Positions 10,447 through 20,247 of a stretch of 64,000 nt of DNA are shown here, in pieces. Location: positions 124,001-188,000 of IMG/VR virus record IMGVR_UViG_3300009104_001210, one strand, 5' to 3'. Positions within the stretch are counted from its first letter, which is position 1. The number at the start of each line of letters is the position of its first letter. The position numbers and the translations under genes were made by a program. The notes below the pieces were generated by a model, which saw only the letters and a program-made list of their open reading frames with translations, made no database searches and had not been told where the DNA came from.

Positions 10447-11198
10447 AACAATTATTAACTTTTGGGTGTAGTTTTACAGATGGACAAGACGGTGTTGGTT
10501 GGCCAACTCGTTTAGCAGAATTAATGGGGAGAGAACTTACAAATTATGGTAAGGGATCTGCAGGCAATTTTTATATTTCTAGCAAGATAGTAGAAGCGGT
10601 ATCAAAGTTAGAGGAACAGGATGTTTATATAGTTGTAATGTGGTCGGGTATAGATAGAGAGGATTTGGTTGTAAATAAATATGAACATAATTTTACTAAT
10701 GAAGAAGCTATGGAACTTGGTTATACAAGTACAGATATCACAAATGCATCGGGAGATTGGTTTCATAGTGGAGGATTGCCAATACCAAAACCAACCAAAC
10801 ATAGCTTAGGTATTACTGATTATACTAGTGGTTCAAGATTTTTTGAATGGTTTTGGGGGACATTTTTTAAAAACTATCACACTTTCGGGAATTCTTATCT
10901 TAAATCATTAAACAATATGCTGGCTACACAAAATCTATTAAAATTAAAAAATATTCCATATAAATTTGTAACTTTCAAAGACATATTTTCACATTCATTT
11001 GGTAAGTATAAATCAGCAGAACCATTTGAAAACTTAATAGATTGGGATAAATTTCATTTTGAACAGATAGGTAAGAAAAAATTTTGTGGAGAAGCTGAAT
11101 GGGTTAGGTGGAATAAGTTGACAGTTGCGGAAGATAATATACATCCAACTGTAGAATCACATTATAAATACGCAGAGCATCTATATGAAATTCTTTGA
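10443..11198 (+). CDS. SGNH/GDSL hydrolase-like protein
   Basis: FGCSFTDG, NYGKGSAGN, DNIHP. Confidence 0.65.
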   Translation: MKQLLTFGCSFTDGQDGVGWPTRLAELMGRELTNYGKGSAGNFYISSKIVEAVSKLEEQDVYIVVMWSGIDREDLVVNKYEHNFTNEEAMELGYTSTDITNASGDWFHSGGLPIPKPTKHSLGITDYTSGSRFFEWFWGTFFKNYHTFGNSYLKSLNNMLATQNLLKLKNIPYKFVTFKDIFSHSFGKYKSAEPFENLIDWDKFHFEQIGKKKFCGEAEWVRWNKLTVAEDNIHPTVESHYKYAEHLYEIL

Positions 11199-12342
11199 TG
11201 GACAATTTGTAGGAGAAAACAAACAGTATTCTACTTATCAAGAATGGTTTGAATATATGAAACAACATTTTTTATATGACAGTTGGGACATTCTTACAGA
11301 GAATACTATTGTATATCCACATTTAGAATCCATGTATACTTTAGATTTAGAAAGTATTTTTAGAGATGATCTTTTCAAGTTGACATATGAAGAACTTTTA
11401 AAATCAGATAAAAAGTTTATAACAATAGTAGAACCCACAGAATCAATATGGAGATATGAAGAATTTAGGACTGAAGATGGTTTAGAGTGTAATGTTATAA
11501 GATATATTCATTTGATGTGCGAAAGAACTTCAGTACCACAAGATAAGATTTTATTTATAACGAATGATTTGAATTGTAGGGAAGCATATGATGAGTGGTT
11601 TGAATACCATAACTTTGATAGTAAAATAAATTTACTTGGTTATCCAATGTACATTAATATACTATTATCAAATTATAGAAAAAAGGGGTTAAGAGAAGTA
11701 AAACCAAAAAATCCAAATAAAACATTCATTTCATTATTTGGTAGAAGAGATGATTATAGAGAAAGAATGTATGACTATATTGTAAAAAGTGAGTCATTAA
11801 ATAGTAAGAGTTACGTATCTAATATGGCATTAAATAAATTATTACCAAATAGTCATGTAGATATGGATAAATTTCAAAAAGAGGTTGAAAACGGAATAAC
11901 TACAGAGTCAGATTTTGAAACAGATGTTTTAGAACAATATTATAATGATTCATATTTTTCACTTATACCAGAATCCGCTAATTTTTTACCAATGAATAAC
12001 CCTACAGGATTCAAAACACCAACAGTATTTTTATCAGAAAAGTTAACAAGAGCAATTTATCACGGACACCCATTTCTTATATGGAGTTACCCAGGTGTTT
12101 TGAAACAATTAAAAGAATGGGGATTTCATACATTTTCAGAAATATTTGATGAGAGTTATGATGAGATAGAAGATGTAGGTGATAGATGTAATGCTATTTT
12201 GTCAGAACTTAAAAGAGTTAGTCAGTTGGATTGGAAAAATATGGATTTGAAAAGTAAGTTAGAGCACAATTGTAAAATATTATTGGAATTTAAGAAGCCA
12301 ACTGAAATATTTATACAAGAGTTGAAAGGTTTATATTCATAA
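11185..12342 (+). CDS. Putative glycan-modifying protein, paralogue of 24731-25843
   Basis: FLSEKLTRAIYHGHPF...LKEWGFHTFSEIFDESYD conserved C-domain. Confidence 0.45.
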   Translation: MKFFDGQFVGENKQYSTYQEWFEYMKQHFLYDSWDILTENTIVYPHLESMYTLDLESIFRDDLFKLTYEELLKSDKKFITIVEPTESIWRYEEFRTEDGLECNVIRYIHLMCERTSVPQDKILFITNDLNCREAYDEWFEYHNFDSKINLLGYPMYINILLSNYRKKGLREVKPKNPNKTFISLFGRRDDYRERMYDYIVKSESLNSKSYVSNMALNKLLPNSHVDMDKFQKEVENGITTESDFETDVLEQYYNDSYFSLIPESANFLPMNNPTGFKTPTVFLSEKLTRAIYHGHPFLIWSYPGVLKQLKEWGFHTFSEIFDESYDEIEDVGDRCNAILSELKRVSQLDWKNMDLKSKLEHNCKILLEFKKPTEIFIQELKGLYS

Positions 12343-13271
12343 TGAAAGTAGCATTCTTTACAGAAATGGGTTGGGAAGGCAAAGTAGACAGAACAACTCA
12401 TAACAATATGAGAACAGAGTTTGCATGGATGACTACATTAGACGCTGACCATTATAATATTCATGCGCCAACGTTAAAACAAGACTATGACTTGGGTATT
12501 GTTATAGTTCCTAAATCTAATCCAGAAATAAATCTAAAACCCTTAAAACAACATTGTGATAAGATAGCAATACAGCAAGAAGGTCCTCATTGGTATTTTC
12601 AAGATTATCCATTGACACATCAATTTCATTTTCATAATCATTTGATGGAAACGGATTATATTTTCTGTCATAATGAAGTTGATAAAAAATATTATGAGGG
12701 AATAACAAATAAACCTGTATTTGTTAATAGAAGTTTAATGTTACCTGAAGACTTAGTTCCAAGAAGTGAGTGGGGTGATGCAGTTATAATTGGTGGTAAC
12801 TTTGTAAGTTGGTATGGTGGATTTGATTCATATATGGTAGCAAGTATATTTCAGCCAGAAATGCAGATTTATGCACCATCAATGGGTAGAAAACAGAAGA
12901 TGGAAAATCAGATAGAAGATATAAAATATCTACCTTATCAGTTATGGAAAGATTGGATAAATACTTTGTCTCAATTTCATGTGGGAATACATATGATGAG
13001 AACACACGCAGCAGGAACATTTGCTATGAATTGTGCATTTCATGGTATTCCTTGTATTGGTTATAAAGGGTTAGATACACAAGAGATTTTACATCCTTCA
13101 TTAAGTGTTGAGTTAAGTGATATAAAAGAAGCTCGAAGATTAGCAGTTAGGTTGAAAGAGGAAGATGGTTTTTATGATGAGTGTTCTAGAATTTCTCGAA
13201 CAAGATATGAAGATGAATATTCAGAGGAAGAGTGGTTAAAAAGATTTAATGATTTTTGGAGTACAACATGA
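12342..13271 (+). CDS. GT-B fold glycosyltransferase-like protein
   Basis: HAAGTFAMNCAFHGIPCIG resembles the GT-B C-terminal motif. Confidence 0.55.
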   Translation: MKVAFFTEMGWEGKVDRTTHNNMRTEFAWMTTLDADHYNIHAPTLKQDYDLGIVIVPKSNPEINLKPLKQHCDKIAIQQEGPHWYFQDYPLTHQFHFHNHLMETDYIFCHNEVDKKYYEGITNKPVFVNRSLMLPEDLVPRSEWGDAVIIGGNFVSWYGGFDSYMVASIFQPEMQIYAPSMGRKQKMENQIEDIKYLPYQLWKDWINTLSQFHVGIHMMRTHAAGTFAMNCAFHGIPCIGYKGLDTQEILHPSLSVELSDIKEARRLAVRLKEEDGFYDECSRISRTRYEDEYSEEEWLKRFNDFWSTT

Positions 13272-14170
13272 GAGCATTAGTTACAGGTGGTGCCGGCTTT
13301 GTTGGTACTAATTTAATAAAAAGATTGTTAGAAGATGGACATGATGTAGTTTCAGTTGATAACTATTCTACAGGTAAAAAAGAAAACCACCAAGAGGGTT
13401 GTCAGTATTTTGATTATGATATATCAAGTAAACATACACTTGGGATATATGTAGATGTTGCAACATATCCAAGTTGGAGAGATAGTGAATATGATGTAAT
13501 ATTCCATTTGGCAGCACTACCAAGAATACAACCATCGTTTGAAACACCTATAGAATCTTTTCAAAGTAATGTTGTTGGAACTATGAATATTTTAGAGTTG
13601 GCTAGAAAGAATGGAAATATTCCTGTAGTATATGCAGGTTCTTCATCAACACATGGAGATAAATACTCTAACCCATATACATTTACAAAGTGGCAAGGTG
13701 AAGAGTTGTGTAAAATGTATACTAAGATATATGATTTACCCGTTACTATATGTAGATTTTATAATGTTTATGGGCCACATCAACTTACAGAGGGTGAATA
13801 TTGTACAGTTATTGGTATATTTGAAAATTTATATAAAAAGAATAAACTATTCACAATTACAGATGATGGAGAACAACGAAGAGATTTTACTCATGTTGAT
13901 GATATAGTAGATGGGTTGATAAGAGTAAGTAATCGTTTAACTTTATTTAAAGGGGGACATATTACAGGTGAAGAGTTTGAATTTGGTAGAGGTAAAAACT
14001 ATTCTATCAATGAGATAGCTGATGCTTTTGGTGAAGGTTATCCAAGAAAATATATCTCAAAAAGAGATGGTGAGATGAGAGAAACTTTGTGTATTGATAA
14101 AAAAGCTAGAAAAGAATTGGGTTGGAAACCAACAAAGGACGTGATACAATGGATAAAATTAGTTTTATAA
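13268..14170 (+). CDS. NAD-dependent epimerase/dehydratase
   Basis: TGGAGFVG, YTFTK, RFYNVYG, RRDFTHV; ATG at 13268. Confidence 0.9.
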   Translation: MRALVTGGAGFVGTNLIKRLLEDGHDVVSVDNYSTGKKENHQEGCQYFDYDISSKHTLGIYVDVATYPSWRDSEYDVIFHLAALPRIQPSFETPIESFQSNVVGTMNILELARKNGNIPVVYAGSSSTHGDKYSNPYTFTKWQGEELCKMYTKIYDLPVTICRFYNVYGPHQLTEGEYCTVIGIFENLYKKNKLFTITDDGEQRRDFTHVDDIVDGLIRVSNRLTLFKGGHITGEEFEFGRGKNYSINEIADAFGEGYPRKYISKRDGEMRETLCIDKKARKELGWKPTKDVIQWIKLVL

Positions 14171-15342
14171 TACCTTCAAGAGATAATCTAAGATATCTCA
14201 AGTGGGCATATGAAGGATTAAGAAAGAATTGCAGTAAACAACATCAGATTTGTTTGGCTGATGATGCATCAACCGATGGAACTTGGGAGTGGATGGTTGA
14301 AGAAAAAAAGAAGAATAAAAATTTAACAATATATAGAAATGAAGGTCCTAATAGATTAGGTTTAACTGTTTTGTATGATCATTTAGCTGAAGATTTTGCT
14401 ATCAATGATATACTTATGTTTTTCCATGCAGATATGTATCCATCTAAAGGTATGGATAAAAAAATATTGAGAAGATTGGAAAGGGGAACTGTAGTGTGTG
14501 CTACAAGAATTGAACCACCATTACATCCTGATGGACCTGAAAAAGTAATAGATGATTTAGGTTTTGAGCCAGAAGAATTCGATGAAAAAAAATTCAATCA
14601 AACAGTTAGGTTATATAGTAGGGATGATTTTACAGATGGAGTATTTGCGCCTTGGGCAATACATAAAGAAGATTATTTTGATGTTGGTGGACACGATCAA
14701 TTATTCATACCACAATCAAGAGAAGATAGTGATTTATTTAATAGATTTTATTTGAATGGATATCAGTTTAGGCAGATATGGGATGGTATGGTATATCACT
14801 TAACAAGTCGTGGTAGTAGATTTAGAGATGGAGTTGGTAAAGATAGTGAAGAATGGAAATATTCTAATCGTAGAAATGAAAGAAATTTTATTCGCAAGTG
14901 GGGAACTATAGTACATCATTCAGAAATGATGAAACCTGTAGTATTTCCAAAATATGATATAGGTATTGTAGTTAAAAATTGTAATCTTAGTTTATTAGTA
15001 GAGTTAGAACCCTGGTGTAACAATGTTTATACTGATTTAAATGCAGAAGAAATAAGAAAATATATAGAAGCTGAGCAACCACATACTCAATTTGATTTGA
15101 AAAAGAAAATATTATATCATTCTTCACCAATAACAAATGATGTTATTGTACGATTTGATATGAACGAATTGACAGAAGCTAAGGCTATGTTTATATCACA
15201 AATACCAATGACACTTTTTGAACATAAAGATGTAGGAGAGTTTAAGTTTGATATTTTTTCCATAAAAGTTAAGACTTTAGAATATGAAATGAAATCATTA
15301 GTTAAAACTAAACCATTAAAAGAGTACAATTTTAAATTATGA
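14149..15342 (+). CDS. Glycosyltransferase family 2
   Basis: ISFIIPS, ADDASTDGT, FHADM, EDSDL. Confidence 0.85.
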   Translation: MDKISFIIPSRDNLRYLKWAYEGLRKNCSKQHQICLADDASTDGTWEWMVEEKKKNKNLTIYRNEGPNRLGLTVLYDHLAEDFAINDILMFFHADMYPSKGMDKKILRRLERGTVVCATRIEPPLHPDGPEKVIDDLGFEPEEFDEKKFNQTVRLYSRDDFTDGVFAPWAIHKEDYFDVGGHDQLFIPQSREDSDLFNRFYLNGYQFRQIWDGMVYHLTSRGSRFRDGVGKDSEEWKYSNRRNERNFIRKWGTIVHHSEMMKPVVFPKYDIGIVVKNCNLSLLVELEPWCNNVYTDLNAEEIRKYIEAEQPHTQFDLKKKILYHSSPITNDVIVRFDMNELTEAKAMFISQIPMTLFEHKDVGEFKFDIFSIKVKTLEYEMKSLVKTKPLKEYNFKL

Positions 15343-15587
15343 CATACTATTTATTATTGGAAGAAGATACTGAACAAGATGCTTTGTTCAGCAGTAATAT
15401 CTTAGGAGAAGAAAGTTTTGGTAAATTTTGGCCAGATGAAGGGTTAAAAGCGTTGTACACTATGATGAATCAAAAACCACACCTATTATCACAGGTAGTC
15501 GTTAAAAACGAGAAAAATGAAAAACTCACACTCGAAGAGTTTTTAGACGTAATATCCACATTAAAAATTGAAAAAGAAAAGGCTTGA
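15339..15587 (+). CDS. Hypothetical protein
   Basis: Coupled ORF, 82 aa. Confidence 0.55.
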   Translation: MTYYLLLEEDTEQDALFSSNILGEESFGKFWPDEGLKALYTMMNQKPHLLSQVVVKNEKNEKLTLEEFLDVISTLKIEKEKA

Positions 15588-15613
15588 CTTGTATAGTATT
15601 TTAGTATTATCTT
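15577..15613 (+). promoter_or_regulatory. Sigma70-like early promoter (AAAAGGCTTGAC class)
   Basis: TTGACT 15584-89, 18-nt spacer, TATCTT 15608-13, A-tract upstream. Confidence 0.65.
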
Positions 15614-15634
15614 GCAAATTGTATATGGAGAAAT

Positions 15635-15823
15635 GTGATGAATAATGATTATTGGGAATATGAACATTTAGAAGATGAATTACATGAACAAAATATTCGT
15701 GATAAAAAACAAAATAAAATAAAAAAACACACTTTAGAGGAATGGTCTAAAGTGGAAGACAAAATACAAAAAAAAGGACATAAAAAATATGTTAAAAATA
15801 AGCGTAGACAAGCTCGCCGCTAA
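15635..15823 (+). CDS. Hypothetical protein
   Basis: GGAG SD, downstream of promoter. Confidence 0.55.
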   Translation: MMNNDYWEYEHLEDELHEQNIRDKKQNKIKKHTLEEWSKVEDKIQKKGHKKYVKNKRRQARR

Positions 15824-16325
15824 AATAATAGCATTAACTTTACTATTCGTAGTAGGTTGTGAAGATAAGTATGAACCTATTGTTTATGATTTTGAGTTAT
15901 ATACAGAATCATTAACATTAGATGATAATGGATATTTCCATTTTGATTTGGAAGAAGGTATAGCCAATTCATTTACAAGTAGGACACTATTTGTAGCAAA
16001 TCTAAATAATCCAAATATACAGAAAGTTGTATTTAGTGCTTCACACTATTGGTTACTTGGGGACACTTTGGGTTATATAGTACACGATGGATATACAGAA
16101 AACTTAGTTTATGTTAGTTATGATACTACTTATATAACACAATTTAATGGATTTGAAGTACCAATAATTAATAGTGCTAGTTATACAAACACGGATGGTT
16201 TAGCTTTTTCTTGGGCAGCAATTCCATATAGTATGGTAGGTGATACTATTTATATTAAAGCAGAATACTTTGATGAGTATGAATGGCTTGAATATGAAAA
16301 AACGATTGGAGTAGTAGTAGAGTAA
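15789..16325 (+). CDS. Putative lipoprotein
   Basis: Hydrophobic signal ending VVG-C lipobox. Confidence 0.6.
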   Translation: MLKISVDKLAAKIIALTLLFVVGCEDKYEPIVYDFELYTESLTLDDNGYFHFDLEEGIANSFTSRTLFVANLNNPNIQKVVFSASHYWLLGDTLGYIVHDGYTENLVYVSYDTTYITQFNGFEVPIINSASYTNTDGLAFSWAAIPYSMVGDTIYIKAEYFDEYEWLEYEKTIGVVVE

Positions 16326-16549
16326 TGAAATTTAATCTTGTCAATAAACGCACTAAAGAAATTATCTCAACTGTAGATTTGTCGGATGATATTGGTGTTA
16401 GTGGGGCAAGAACATATTTTATAGGAATAAAAAAATTAAGTGATGAAAAATTTGATGAGTTATGGGAAGTAAAGGGAACAACATATAAATATCCCAGGTG
16501 GTGGGAAGAGGAAAAATCAATAATTGATGAGGAAATGAAATTGTTATGA
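16325..16549 (+). CDS. Hypothetical protein
   Basis: TAATG-coupled ORF. Confidence 0.55.
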   Translation: MKFNLVNKRTKEIISTVDLSDDIGVSGARTYFIGIKKLSDEKFDELWEVKGTTYKYPRWWEEEKSIIDEEMKLL

Positions 16550-16737
16550 TAGAAATAATATGTTATATTTTGATAGGCGCTATGTTAGGTGTAATGTCAA
16601 TGGCATTATTAAGTGCTAATAAATACAGCAAATATTGTTCAAGAGTTAGTGAGTTAGAACACGAAATAAAAACATTAAAACAAAGAGGTCGTAAACCTCA
16701 ACCAAAGAAGAAGCCCGTTAGGAGACGTAATGCCTAA
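16546..16737 (+). CDS. Small membrane protein
   Basis: N-terminal TM helix, basic tail. Confidence 0.55.
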   Translation: MIEIICYILIGAMLGVMSMALLSANKYSKYCSRVSELEHEIKTLKQRGRKPQPKKKPVRRRNA

Positions 16738-17368
16738 ACAGGGAGTTGATCCTTTTCGTAAAAAACCCATTCCAAAGGGTAGAATACAATGGGCTATATC
16801 AAATACTAAATCTTTGATGGCAGCTTCTCGGCTGTTACAAGTATCATATAATACATTTAAAAAGTATGCTAAACTGTATGATTTATTTCATCAGAATAAA
16901 AATGCAACAGGTATTGGTATATCTAAGGGACCAAAAGGTTCAAGTCAAGTAAAAATGGATAGAATTTTTAGTGGGCATCATCCCAACTATCCACATTATA
17001 GATTACAGGAAAGATTGTTGAAAGAGGGATACGCATCTCAAGAATGTAGTAATTGTGGGCATGATGAAGTTAGAAAATCAGATATGACTAGTCCATTACT
17101 ACTATGTTTTTTTGATAATGACCCAAAAAATCATAAGCTAGAAAATTTATATTTGTTGTGTTATAATTGTTTTTATTTATTAAAACCAGGTGGTCGTTTA
17201 CTTAACACACCATCTAATGTAGTTAGGTTGAGAAACAAAATGTTAGAAGCGTTAGGTCCTACACCCTTAGAAGAGCAAGAAGAGAGAGTAGCATATACAT
17301 TAGGTGATGTAGTTCAAGAAGAAAAAACAGATTTAATGAATCCATCACGTTCAATTGAAGATAAATAG
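16730..17368 (+). CDS. HTH + degenerate HNH/zinc-finger protein
   Basis: AASRLLQVSYNTFKKYA HTH; CSNC...NHKLENLYLLCYNC HNH-like scaffold. Confidence 0.6.
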   Translation: MPKQGVDPFRKKPIPKGRIQWAISNTKSLMAASRLLQVSYNTFKKYAKLYDLFHQNKNATGIGISKGPKGSSQVKMDRIFSGHHPNYPHYRLQERLLKEGYASQECSNCGHDEVRKSDMTSPLLLCFFDNDPKNHKLENLYLLCYNCFYLLKPGGRLLNTPSNVVRLRNKMLEALGPTPLEEQEERVAYTLGDVVQEEKTDLMNPSRSIEDK

Positions 17369-17432
17369 CCGTTTTTATTTTTAAGCTATATTTATATTAG
17401 TATAGTGGATAACAATTTAACGGAGTCAAACA

Positions 17433-17681
17433 TTGAACGGACAAGATAAAAAAGATTTAAATGTTATTTTGGAACGGTTAGAACAAGCAGATAAAGACCG
17501 TGAAACAATGCATACAGATATTAAGTTCATCAAGGAAAACTTATTCAACCCACACACAGGTTTGTGGGCAGAATCAAAACAGAATTCTCAGTTTAGAAAG
17601 GATACTACAAAGTGGCGCGGTGTAATAGGTGCAGGTTTTGTAGGGTTATTCATGAAACATATTTATGATATGTTTAATTAA
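17433..17681 (+). CDS. Coiled-coil + C-terminal TM protein (holin/XhlA-like architecture)
   Basis: TTG start after GGAG; C-terminal hydrophobic helix. Confidence 0.4.
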   Translation: MNGQDKKDLNVILERLEQADKDRETMHTDIKFIKENLFNPHTGLWAESKQNSQFRKDTTKWRGVIGAGFVGLFMKHIYDMFN

Positions 17682-17703
17682 TTAAAAAATAAAAAGGTTA
17701 CGT

Positions 17704-18480
17704 ATGTCAATAAAATATGTAGTTTCTTGTGGTTGTAGTTGGGCTCTTGGTATGGGTTCAAGAGCAAAAGAAGAAACAAGAGTATCTGCATTATTCTCTA
17801 AAAGATATAACGCAAGAGATATAAACATATCCAGAGAAGGTGGCAGCAATCAAAGAATTCTCAGGAAAATCATAGAGTGGATTTCAAATAATCAAGAAAA
17901 ATTAAACGAAACATTTTTTTTAATAGGATTAACCGAAATGTCCCGTTATGAATATTGGGATGATATAACTTCAGAATGGACTCGATCGTGCGGTTCACCA
18001 TCATCAGAAGCCGTTGAAAGAAGGCAAGATTATGAAAAATTAAGGCTTTCATTTATACAGAATAGAGAAATAGATCATCAAAAAACTGGTAATATAGTAC
18101 TATCTTTATTAGGAATTTTTCAGAAATATAATACTAAGCATTTAATATATGATGCACGAGGTGCATATAATACAGTCTTCCGCTCGGAAAAAATAATGGA
18201 ACAATTTGAAGTACCAGAACCATTTGAACCAAGCAAAAGTTGGGATTTGAATCATCAAGATAAACATTATTATTCAGAACAGGGTTGGGATGAATTTTGT
18301 GGTGGTCTTAATAGTAATAATACTTTGTGGGGTGGGAGTAGTCTAAATTATATATTTAATAAAAGAGAAGATAAAAAAGGAATGTATGCACCTAATGATT
18401 GTGGACATCCTAACGAAGAAGCAAATAGATTATGGTATGAGAAACTTGTAGAGTACGCCGAGAAGCAAAATATTTTGTAA
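17704..18480 (+). CDS. SGNH/GDSL hydrolase-like protein
   Basis: CGCSWALG, GGSNQRI, DCGHPN. Confidence 0.65.
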   Translation: MSIKYVVSCGCSWALGMGSRAKEETRVSALFSKRYNARDINISREGGSNQRILRKIIEWISNNQEKLNETFFLIGLTEMSRYEYWDDITSEWTRSCGSPSSEAVERRQDYEKLRLSFIQNREIDHQKTGNIVLSLLGIFQKYNTKHLIYDARGAYNTVFRSEKIMEQFEVPEPFEPSKSWDLNHQDKHYYSEQGWDEFCGGLNSNNTLWGGSSLNYIFNKREDKKGMYAPNDCGHPNEEANRLWYEKLVEYAEKQNIL

Positions 18481-18566
18481 ATAAAACAATTCGTAGTAAT
18501 AAAATAAAACTATGTTGATATATATTATTGGAGTTAGCAAAAATCTTTTTAACCAGAGAAAAATGA

Positions 18567-18797
18567 TTGAATAAAAAAATAGTTATCGTCGGCTTAATAT
18601 TTTTAATCGCCCCGATATTCACGTATTGGGAATACCGATTCACCCCCGACATACAAGATGTCGAGGGATTCCTACCTATCAACACCCAAAGCGTCTCATC
18701 TCGTAGCGTATCTTTATCTCATATTTCTCACCAAGTCAGACTTGTTTCGATTACTAATAGCGGATCATCACCCGAAATGGTATGGTTAGTACAATGA
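18567..18797 (+). CDS. Hypothetical membrane protein
   Basis: N-terminal TM; GC-richer codon use. Confidence 0.4.
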   Translation: MNKKIVIVGLIFLIAPIFTYWEYRFTPDIQDVEGFLPINTQSVSSRSVSLSHISHQVRLVSITNSGSSPEMVWLVQ

Positions 18798-19114
18798 GCG
18801 TAGCTAAAATTTGGTTAAGATTATGGTGGATTGGTATAGGTTTAATAGTTATCAGAGCTAAACTTATTGTTCAACGTCTTAGATGGACACTTGAAGATGA
18901 GTATAGCACCTATAGAGGTTGGAAGAAGCGTAGACATACAGAACCAGCAAGAGTAGCAGATACTATTGTTATACCAACGCCAAAGCAAACTAAATCAAAC
19001 CATGAAGGACCCGTAGACTATACCTCAGCGCCTTACATAGGTAACGGCTCAAGTGGTAAATTCTACGACTCTTCATTCAACGACGATAGTACCACAAACC
19101 AACACGATATATAG
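18794..19114 (+). CDS. Hypothetical membrane protein
   Basis: ATGA-coupled; N-terminal TM. Confidence 0.45.
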   Translation: MSVAKIWLRLWWIGIGLIVIRAKLIVQRLRWTLEDEYSTYRGWKKRRHTEPARVADTIVIPTPKQTKSNHEGPVDYTSAPYIGNGSSGKFYDSSFNDDSTTNQHDI

Positions 19115-19600
19115 ATATATATACAAGAATACACGAAGATTCTCGCTTCGCTCTAAATTTTAAAGCGCCAATACCCGAACAGTATATAGTAATCAGCGCC
19201 TCACTCTGATAAGCTCACAAAGCACACAAATCATTGAATCCTGAAGGATAAATACACTCGCCACTATTATACTTATGTGATATAATATAGGAAAAAAGCT
19301 ACAGGAGAGTAGAGGATGCGCTCTCTTAATGATACTATAAGCGTCTTACATATCATCCATATCCCACCCTTTTAACCCACCACAACCCACGAATATGATA
19401 GATTCATATGGCCTGGGAGTAAAAAATATAATACCTCACTACTAATTTTGCTTAGCGCGTGTGTGTCGCGCGCCATTTCCTGCCAGTAGGGGGGCTTTTC
19501 TACGCTAATGTAGCACGGTAGCCTATCCAAGCGCTATCGTATGACATTTTGACATACCCAGGCGCTAGGATTATATCACCGCCCGCCAAATTTTTTTGAG

Positions 19601-19637
19601 AAAAGGCTTGACTTATATAGCGTTTCTTTCGTATATT
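19601..19637 (+). promoter_or_regulatory. Sigma70-like early promoter
   Basis: AAAAGGC-TTGACT 19608-13, 18-nt spacer, TATATT 19632-37. Confidence 0.7.
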
Positions 19638-19691
19638 CGTAGTATCATGTAGTATATAGCCCACTTGAAAGGCAGCGCTGTCTAACCTGGT

Positions 19692-19730
19692 AATATACGC
19701 ACCCTGCCTGAGAAAGTCAAGCTTTATTTT
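19692..19730 (-). promoter_or_regulatory. Sigma70-like promoter, minus strand
   Basis: Minus strand AAAATAAAGC-TTGACT, 17-nt spacer, TATATT. Confidence 0.6.
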
Positions 19731-19802
19731 CATTATTTTGGTAAAACCTATACAGGGACCCCCAAATATTCCGCGCGGTACGCTAAAAAGAAAATAGTGA
19801 AG

Positions 19803-19838
19803 AAAAGGCTTGACACGTATTGCTTTATTTTGTATATT
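19803..19838 (+). promoter_or_regulatory. Sigma70-like early promoter
   Basis: AAAAGGC-TTGACA 19810-15, 17-nt spacer, TATATT 19833-38. Confidence 0.75.
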
Positions 19839-20082
19839 CCAGTATGATAATGAGGTTATATACTTGACTTAGATAAAGCCCGCTCCATGAAATAAGGGAA
19901 TAGTACTGAAAAGCGGCAAAGGGCGTAAAGCCGCATGAAAAAAGAATGGTATTTCAACGCTTTAGTTGATACTTATTCTTAGAAGGTTTTCATTACGTCA
20001 GGTTCTTATTCCTTTCTACCTGACATACGGTGGGTGGCTATGAAATACTATACAGCCGCCCACCAAAAAAATTAGAAGGTTT

Positions 20083-20154
20083 GCGGTGGAAGTATCAAGA
20101 GAGATACGCTATTCGTCCAGAGTAGAAGGTGCAGTGCGATTCTGTAACACCGCT
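20083..20154 (+). tRNA. Non-canonical tRNA-like cloverleaf, Gly(TCC)-like
   Basis: Acceptor GCGGTGG/ACACCGC (one mismatch), D stem GTAT/ATAC, anticodon stem CTATT/AGTAG with loop CG-TCC-AG, T stem TGCAG/CTGTA with loop TGCGATT, U73. Confidence 0.55.
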
Positions 20155-20159
20155 CTAAC

Positions 20160-20199
20160 TGAGTAGTATATTACTCACTTGAGTAGTATTTTACTCACT
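20160..20199. repeat. Tandem 20-bp palindromic repeat (operator-like or twin hairpins)
   Basis: TGAGTAGTATATTACTCACT followed by TGAGTAGTATTTTACTCACT. Confidence 0.8.
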
Positions 20200-20247
20200 A
20201 TATTGGAATAGGTAAAAAACGAAAGAAAGGCGGTACGCTAAAAAATA

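Noticed and set aside
312-17000. Many short minus-strand and out-of-frame ORFs nested in long + genes (same pattern throughout the window)
   Set aside because: Shadow ORFs without SD or motifs, lying opposite or within well-supported genes
19500-19733. 77-aa minus-strand ORF in the hub
   Set aside because: Starts upstream of the minus-strand promoter, spans two promoters, no SD or motif
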